The position numbers and the translations under genes were made by a program. From Eledone cirrhosa (taxonomy: Eukaryota), in the NCBI GenBank assembly GCA_964016885.1, contig OZ024740.1, positions 214,024,001 through 214,088,000 of the forward strand: a DNA stretch of 64,000 bases, in the 5' to 3' direction. Below, piece after piece: positions 52,665 through 64,000 of this stretch. Position 1 is the first letter of the stretch, and each line of letters starts with the position of its first letter. The notes under the pieces are model-generated. The model was not told the origin of the DNA, did not search any database, and worked only from the letters and a program-made list of their open reading frames with translations.

Positions 52665-53096
52665 TATTATTACATAACTCTGCAGCTAGCTGAATTCTGG
52701 CTGTTTGAAAAGTGTTGTTGGACAGATATATATGTCTTATTACATAACTCTGTAGCTATCTGTTTTCTGGCTGTTTGAAAAGTGTTGTTACGTAGATATA
52801 TATCTTATTACATAGATCTGTGGCTATCTGTTTTCTGGCTGTTTGAAAAGTGTTGTTACGTAGATATATATCTTATTACATAGATCTGTGGCTATCTGTT
52901 TTCTGGCTGTTTGAAAAGTGTTGTTACGTAGATATATATCTTATTACATAGATCTGTGGCTATCTGTTTTCTGGCTGTTTGAAAAGTGTTGTTACGTAGA
53001 TATATATCTTATTACATAGATCTGTGGCTATCTGTTTTCTGGCTGTTTGAGAAGTATTGTTAGATACATATATCTTTTATTACATAGCTCTGTAGC
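52665..53096. repeat. 68-bp AT-rich tandem array, about 6 copies
   Basis: TTATTACATAGATCTGTGGCTATCTGTTTTCTGGCTGTTTGAAAAGTGTTGTTACGTAGATATATATC at 52805, 52873 and 52941. Confidence 0.95.
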
Positions 53097-54027
53097 TAAC
53101 TGTGGTAAGACACCAAACTGTAGTAAGACACCAAACTGTGGTAAGACATCAAACTGTAGTAAGACACCAAACTGTGGTAAGACATCAAACTGTAGTAAGA
53201 CACCAAACTGTGGTAAGACATCAAACTGTAGTAAGACACCAAACTGTGGTAAGACATCAAACTGTAGTAAGACACCAAACTGTAGTAAGACACCAAACTG
53301 TAGTAAGACACCAAACTGTGGTAAGACACCAAACTGTGGTAAGACACCAAACTGTAGTAAGACACCAAACTGTGGTAAGACACCAAACTGAGGTAAGACA
53401 CCAAACTGTGGTAAGACACCAAACTGTGGTAAGACATCAAACTGTAGTAAGACACCAAACTGTGGTAAGACATCAAACTGTGGTAAGACACCAAACTGTA
53501 GTAAGACACCAAACTGTGGTAAGACACCAAACTGAGGTAAGACACCAAACTGTGGTAAGACACCAAACTGTGGTAAGACACCAAACTGTAGTAAGACACC
53601 AAACTGTGGTAAGACATCAAACTGTAGTAAGACACCAAACTGTGGTAAGACATCAAACTGTAGTAAGACACCAAACTGTGGTAAGACATCAAACTGTAGT
53701 AAGACACCAAACTGTGGTAAGACACCAAACTGTGGTAAGACACCAAACTGAGGTAAGACACCAAACTGTGGTAAGACATCAAACTGTGGTAAGACACCAA
53801 ACTGTGGTAAGACATCAAACTGAGGTAAGACATCAAACTGTGGTAAGACACCAAACTGAGGTAAGACACCAAACTGTGGTAAGACATCAAACTGTGGTAA
53901 GACATCAAACTGTGGTAAGACACCAAACTGAGGTAAGACACCAAACTGAGGTAAGACACCAAACTGTGGTAAGACACCAAACTGTGGTAAGACACCAAAC
54001 TGAGGTAAGACACCAAACTGTGGTAAG
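53097..54027. repeat. 18-bp minisatellite, about 52 copies
   Basis: Unit AACTGWRGTAAGACAYCA; explains the VVRHQT and GVLPQF ORFs. Confidence 0.97.
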
Positions 54028-54324
54028 AAACTCCAGCTCTCTTTAGAGTTTCTTACCACACTATGTTGTCTTTCAATTCATTTTGGTTTGGGGAAGTAGG
54101 TGGGGAGAGTATGGTTTTACAAGGTTAAGCAAATTTCATTGCTTTGAAATGGTGGAAAAATGATTCTTCGCAAATTAATTAAATTCTAATTTCAGCAGTG
54201 GTGGTGGTGGGTGTGGGTGGGTGGGGGGGGGGGAGTTATTATATTAGAGGAGGATACAGTCGATTTAACCGACTGTATGAACTCTTGACTGGTACTTTAT
54301 TTTAACGATCCCAGAAGGATGAAA

Positions 54325-55165
54325 CAACCTCCACAACTATCACCACCATTACCACTACTATTACCACTACCACCACTACTATCACCACCAATACCACCAC
54401 TATTACCACTACCACCACTATTATCACCACCATTCCCACTACTATTACCACTACCACCACTACTATCACCACCATTACCACCACAACCACCACCACAACC
54501 ACCACTACTACCACCACTACTACCACTACAACCACCACTACTACCACCACTAATACCAACACTACTACCACCACAACCACCACTACTACCACCACTACTA
54601 CCACCACAACCACCACCGCATCCAGCACTACACCCACTACTACGACCACCATTACTACCACCACCACTACAATCACCACCACTACCACTACTACCACCAC
54701 CACAACCACCACCATTCTGCAATTCGTTTTTAATTAACCTATCAACTGGATAATTTCTTTAAACAGCCATAGTTCATACCCCGCATGATGAGAGAGAAGG
54801 CTGGTGATTAGTTGAGGGAGAGCTGGAACTAGCACCGCCACCACCAGCACCACCACCACCTCAACCAACAACAACAACAATAATACCACCATCACCAACA
54901 CCACCACCAAAAACAACAATACCACCACCACCACCAACAACAACAACAAGACAACAAACAACTCGCCTCTTGTTGGTCTGAACTAAACTTTCCTGGCCAT
55001 TAGTTGAGGGAGAGCTGGAACTAACACCACCACCACCACCAACAACAACAATAACAACAATACCACCACCACTACCACCACCACCAACAACAACAACAAC
55101 ACCACCAACACCACCAACAACAACGAACCCTCTCCTCCTGAGTTGGTCTGAACTAAACTTTAGAT
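54325..55165. repeat. (CAC/CTA/CAA)n low-complexity region with short duplicated anchors
   Basis: Trinucleotide mosaics; TTAGTTGAGGGAGAGCTGGAACTA and GTTGGTCTGAACTAAACTTT each occur twice. Confidence 0.9.
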
Positions 55166-55318
55166 CGGAACTAAACTATATATCTCAAGTTCCCTTCGCA
55201 TAAATATCTTCTTGTAAGAGGTTTGTCTCTCTATTTCAGTAAACGCTCACCCCTTCCTCCTCTCTCCCACTCTCTCTCTCTTTCCCTTGCTCTTCTCTAT
55301 CTATCTATCTATCTATCT

Positions 55319-56266
55319 CTGGCACATCGAATGTGCTCAGGCGCTCACAGTCCTCTGGCAAACGGACCCGGCGATCAGTGGAGACTCCACTTCGACATTC
55401 TATAGAGGGTTGGTCCGCAGCAGGTGCGACGACGCGCTCGGAGAAACTCTAGGCGTAGAGGAGGACGAACTGGCCAGTTTGTTCGGTAGGAGCTTCCGCC
55501 CGGGACCGATGGAAAACTTCCAAAAGTCCCTGGCCTGGCAGTGCTACCGAGGATATCTACCAGTTCGAGACAAGCTCTACAGACACGGGCGCCCGGGTAG
55601 GGACCCTTCGAAAAAGATCTGTCCGAGATGCGTGCGCGACGAGGAAACCATCGCACACGCATTTGTACACTGCCCGGGCGTTACCGACCTGTGGGGCTAT
55701 GTAGAACGACTATTGTCGCGGGTGGGACCAATCCAGTTGACCACCGAGTCCATTGTCATGATCAAACCGCCACCCTCCTTCAAAAACGAGGGAGAGGCGG
55801 TTTTCCTATGTGTTATGGCTATGGTGAAAGAGGTTGTATGGTGGACGAGGTTAAAAGGGCTGAGGTCAGACACCTTTCTCTCCGGCGAGCAACTGATTCG
55901 TTTTTTCAAATACCATTTTGGAAGAAGAATCGGGATGGAGAGAGAGGTGCTGTACCCCAGCAAATTTTATAAAAGGTGGGTGAATGTGGCAAAGATGGCC
56001 GAGTGGTTGGGCCTTCTCTCTATATAAGCCTGTAGGTTGAGGAAAAAGAGGAAGAGAGGAAGGGAGTACTCACTCTTGGTGCTCCTGGAGATGAGGGTTG
56101 TACATTTTTTCGGGGTGTGTATAACCCCTGTGTAACGCCTCCCCCTATTGGGGATTTTAACTGTTATTTATTATTTTATTAATAGTTTTATTTTCATATA
56201 CCTGTATGTAAACTCCCCATTTGTATTTGTCCCCTTCTTTTGTGCCCTTGTGGCTAATAAAGAAAT
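55319..56266 (+). mobile_element. 5'-truncated Tx1-clade LINE (C-terminal CCHC region plus 3' UTR) in (CTAT)n
   Basis: WHIECAQALTVLW...CPRCVRDEETIAHAFVHC, homologous to 31740-32455. AATAAA at 56256, and (CTAT)n on both sides. Confidence 0.92.
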
Positions 56267-56293
56267 TTATCTATCTATCTACATACCTAACTC

Positions 56294-56380
<87 letters not shown>

Positions 56381-56469
56381 TATATAATCTCTCTCAGTAA
56401 ACAATGATTAACTCAGTATTGGGAAACTGACTTTCAAGGAAAAAAAAAGGTTAAAACAAAAACAAACTA

Positions 56470-56486
56470 AACCAGAATATGAGAGA

Positions 56487-56559
<73 letters not shown>

Positions 56560-56702
56560 TGGTAGGGAGAGAAAAAGGTAGGGGATGGAATTGGGGTAGT
56601 AGCGAGGAGGTGGGAGAAAGCGAGAGAGAGAGGATGGATCAGAGAAACAGAACAGAGATTGAGAGCTTGGTAGAAAGGGAAAGGGAGAGAGTGAGAGGGG
56701 GT

Positions 56703-56754
<52 letters not shown>

Positions 56755-56873
56755 AGAGAGAGAGAATGAGGAGAATTAACAACGCAGGTTAGACACGGAA
56801 ATAAAATAAAAGCAATGTATAGTGGCAGATAGGGCGGTAGGTGGTGTTGGGCGTGAGAATAGCTTAGAGGAAC

Positions 56874-56918
<45 letters not shown>

Positions 56919-57183
56919 GAGAGCACGGTAGTGAGAGAGAGAGATAGAGATAGGAGAGAGAGAGAGAGGAGAGAGAGTGAGTGAGAGGTGGGTATTCGGT
57001 AGAACATGATGAAAAAGGTGGAACGAGAGAGAAAGAGAGAGTGAGAAAGAAAGAGAGAGAGAGAGAGAGAGGAGAGAGAAGAAAGAGAGAGGAGAGAGAG
57101 GAAAGAGAGAGAGAGGGAGAGCGGGTTTGGTATAGAAAGAGAGATTGAGGGCACGGTAGTGAGAGGAGAGAGAGAGAGAGAGA

Positions 57184-57221
<38 letters not shown>

Positions 57222-57456
57222 GGTTTGGTATAGAAAGAGATATTGAGGGCACGGTAGTGAGAGAGAGAGAGAGAGAGGAAAGAGAGAAGAGAGAGAGAGA
57301 GGAAAGAGAGAGAGAGAGAGAGAAAGAAAGAGAGAGAGCGAGAGAGAGGAAAGAGAGAGAGAGAGAGCGAGCGGGTTGGTATAGAAAGAGAGATTGAGAG
57401 TACGGTAGTGAGAGGAGAGAGAGAGAGCGAAAGAGAGAAAGAGAGAGAGAGAGAGC

Positions 57457-57488
<32 letters not shown>

Positions 57489-57580
57489 CGCGAGAGAGAG
57501 AAAGAAAGAGAGAGAGCGAGAGAGAGAGAGAGAGAGAGAAAGAAAGAGAGAGAGCGAGAGAGAGAGAGAGAGAGAGAGAG
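56470..57580. repeat. (GA)n-rich compound minisatellite
   Basis: Block GAGCGGGTTTGGTATAGAAAGAGAGATTGAGGGCACGGTAGTGAG recurs between variable (GA)n spacers. Confidence 0.92.
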
Positions 57581-57816
57581 ACACGTCTCTGATATGATTT
57601 GTTAGTTTTACGCTACCTTTTAGTGTATGCGGGAGAAACAAAGGTAAAAGGGTGGCGACCCCTATCGTGTCGTCTGAGATGTTACGCCACCTACTTGGGG
57701 ACTCCCTCACAACAACATTACAACAACATTCTCCCTTGCGCATCGTACAGATAAAGATCACTTTCCTTCATTGTGGATCTTGTTGAAAACCAGGTGAAAT
57801 GCGGAGATACGCGCCA

Positions 57817-58750
57817 CCGTGCAGGCCTGTGTGTGCGTGTGCATAGTATGTATGTGTGTGTATGACGGTGCGACTGTGTGTGAGTGTGTGCGTGTTTATA
57901 TATTGTGGTGGTGGTGGTGGTGGTAGTGTGTGTGTGTGTGTGTGTTTATATGGTCGTGGTGTGTGTGTATAGTCGAACGTGCAGGCCTGTGTGTGCGTGT
58001 GCATAGTATGTATGTGTGTGTATGACGGTGCGACTGTGTGTGTGTATGTGTGTCTCTCTGTGTGTGTGTGTTTATATATGGTAGTGGTGGTGGTGGTGTG
58101 TGTGTGTATAGTCGAGCGTGCAGGCCTGTGTTTGCGTGTGCATAGTATGTATGTGTCTGTATGACGGTGCGACTGTGTGTGTATGTGTGTCTGTGTGTGT
58201 GTTTATATATGGTGGTGGTGGTGTGTGTGTGTGTGTGTGTCTTTATATGGTGGTGGTGTGTGTGTATAGTCGAGCGTGCAGCCCTGTGTGTGCGTGTGCA
58301 TAGTATGTATGTTTGTGAATGACGGCGTGACTGTGTGTGTCTGTGTGTGTGTGTGTGTGTGTGTATGTGTGTTTATATGCTAGTGGTGGTGGTGGTGTGT
58401 GTGAATGTGTGTGTATAGCTGTGCGTGCATGCGTGCGTTCGGACATGTGCATATTATGTATGCGTGTGTAAGAAGGTGTGAGTGTGTGTGTGTGTGTGTG
58501 TATATGGTGGTGGTGGTGGTGGTGTGTGTATGTGTGTGTTTATATGGTGGTGGTGGTGTGTGTGTATAGTCAAGCGTGCATGCGTGCGTGCATACATGTG
58601 CATATTATGTATGCTTGTGTAAGACGATGTGACTGAGTGTGTATGTGTGTATGTATGCATGTGTGTATGTGTGTGTGTATGTGTGTGTGTGTGTGTGCGT
58701 GTGTGTGTGTGCGTGTGTGTATGTGTGTGTGTGTGTGTGTATGTGTGTAG
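57817..58750. repeat. (GT)n-rich compound tandem repeat, ~140-160-bp period
   Basis: CGTGCAGGCCTGTGTGTGCGTGTGCATAGTATGTATG...GACGGTGCGACTG repeated about 4 times, then degenerating. Confidence 0.9.
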
Positions 58751-58910
58751 CTAGGGCATGACTGTTCATATAAGAAAAATTGAAATGCAGTGATGGACAG
58801 ATAAATAGATAGACATACATATATATATGATATATATATATATATATCATATATATATATCATATATATATATAAATATATCATATATATATATATATAT
58901 ATCATAAATA

Positions 58911-59110
58911 NNNNNNNNNNNNNNNNNNNNNNNNNNNNNNNNNNNNNNNNNNNNNNNNNNNNNNNNNNNNNNNNNNNNNNNNNNNNNNNNNNNNNNNNNN
59001 NNNNNNNNNNNNNNNNNNNNNNNNNNNNNNNNNNNNNNNNNNNNNNNNNNNNNNNNNNNNNNNNNNNNNNNNNNNNNNNNNNNNNNNNNNNNNNNNNNNN
59101 NNNNNNNNNN
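58911..59110. other. assembly gap (200 N)
   Basis: Run of n. Confidence 1.

Positions 59111-64000
<4,890 letters not shown>

Noticed and set aside
53028-54753. GVLPQF/VVRHQT repeat proteins and Gly- or Pro-rich ORFs (also at 59312-60770)
   Set aside because: An 18-bp unit and trinucleotide mosaics are open in several frames on both strands, with no supported start or splice context.
56451-57761. 436-aa and 349-aa Leu/Ser-rich minus-strand ORFs (also 62818-63867)
   Set aside because: Translations of (CT)n; the frames differ between the two duplicate copies.

Overview
Repeat-saturated, AT-rich animal genomic DNA with no host protein-coding gene that I can support. The SINE, microsatellite and LINE make-up suggests a cephalopod such as Octopus; this is an inference. 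It contains a 4.3-kb array of a 68-bp minisatellite, several other tandem arrays, and very long (TA)n/(TATG)n/(GA)n/(TTC)n tracts. Retroelements include five to six 5'-truncated Tx1-clade (L1-group) LINE copies (one with an uninterrupted RT-to-C-terminus frame at 30599-32455), decayed CR1-like, RTE and R4/Dong LINE fragments, and two or three tRNA-derived SINE families. DNA elements include a decayed, rearranged Helitron and hAT, mariner and pogo-type MITEs. About 4.9 kb is near-identically duplicated across a 200-N gap, probably an assembly artefact. Almost all ORFs in the supplied track are artefacts of repeats. The most interesting signal is a dispersed family of ~150-250-bp non-coding insertions in (TA)n tracts. 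Each is a long fold-back palindrome plus a one-sided tail with a conserved ...CTAC...GYATYGAGTAC box, and several contain whole or half type I hammerhead-ribozyme motifs (20127-20173, 21013-21063, 37304-37331, ~14573-14598). This is the architecture expected of minimal, non-autonomous Penelope-like or retrozyme-type elements. All alignments and folds were done by eye, and element boundaries are approximate unless a TSD or terminus is quoted.
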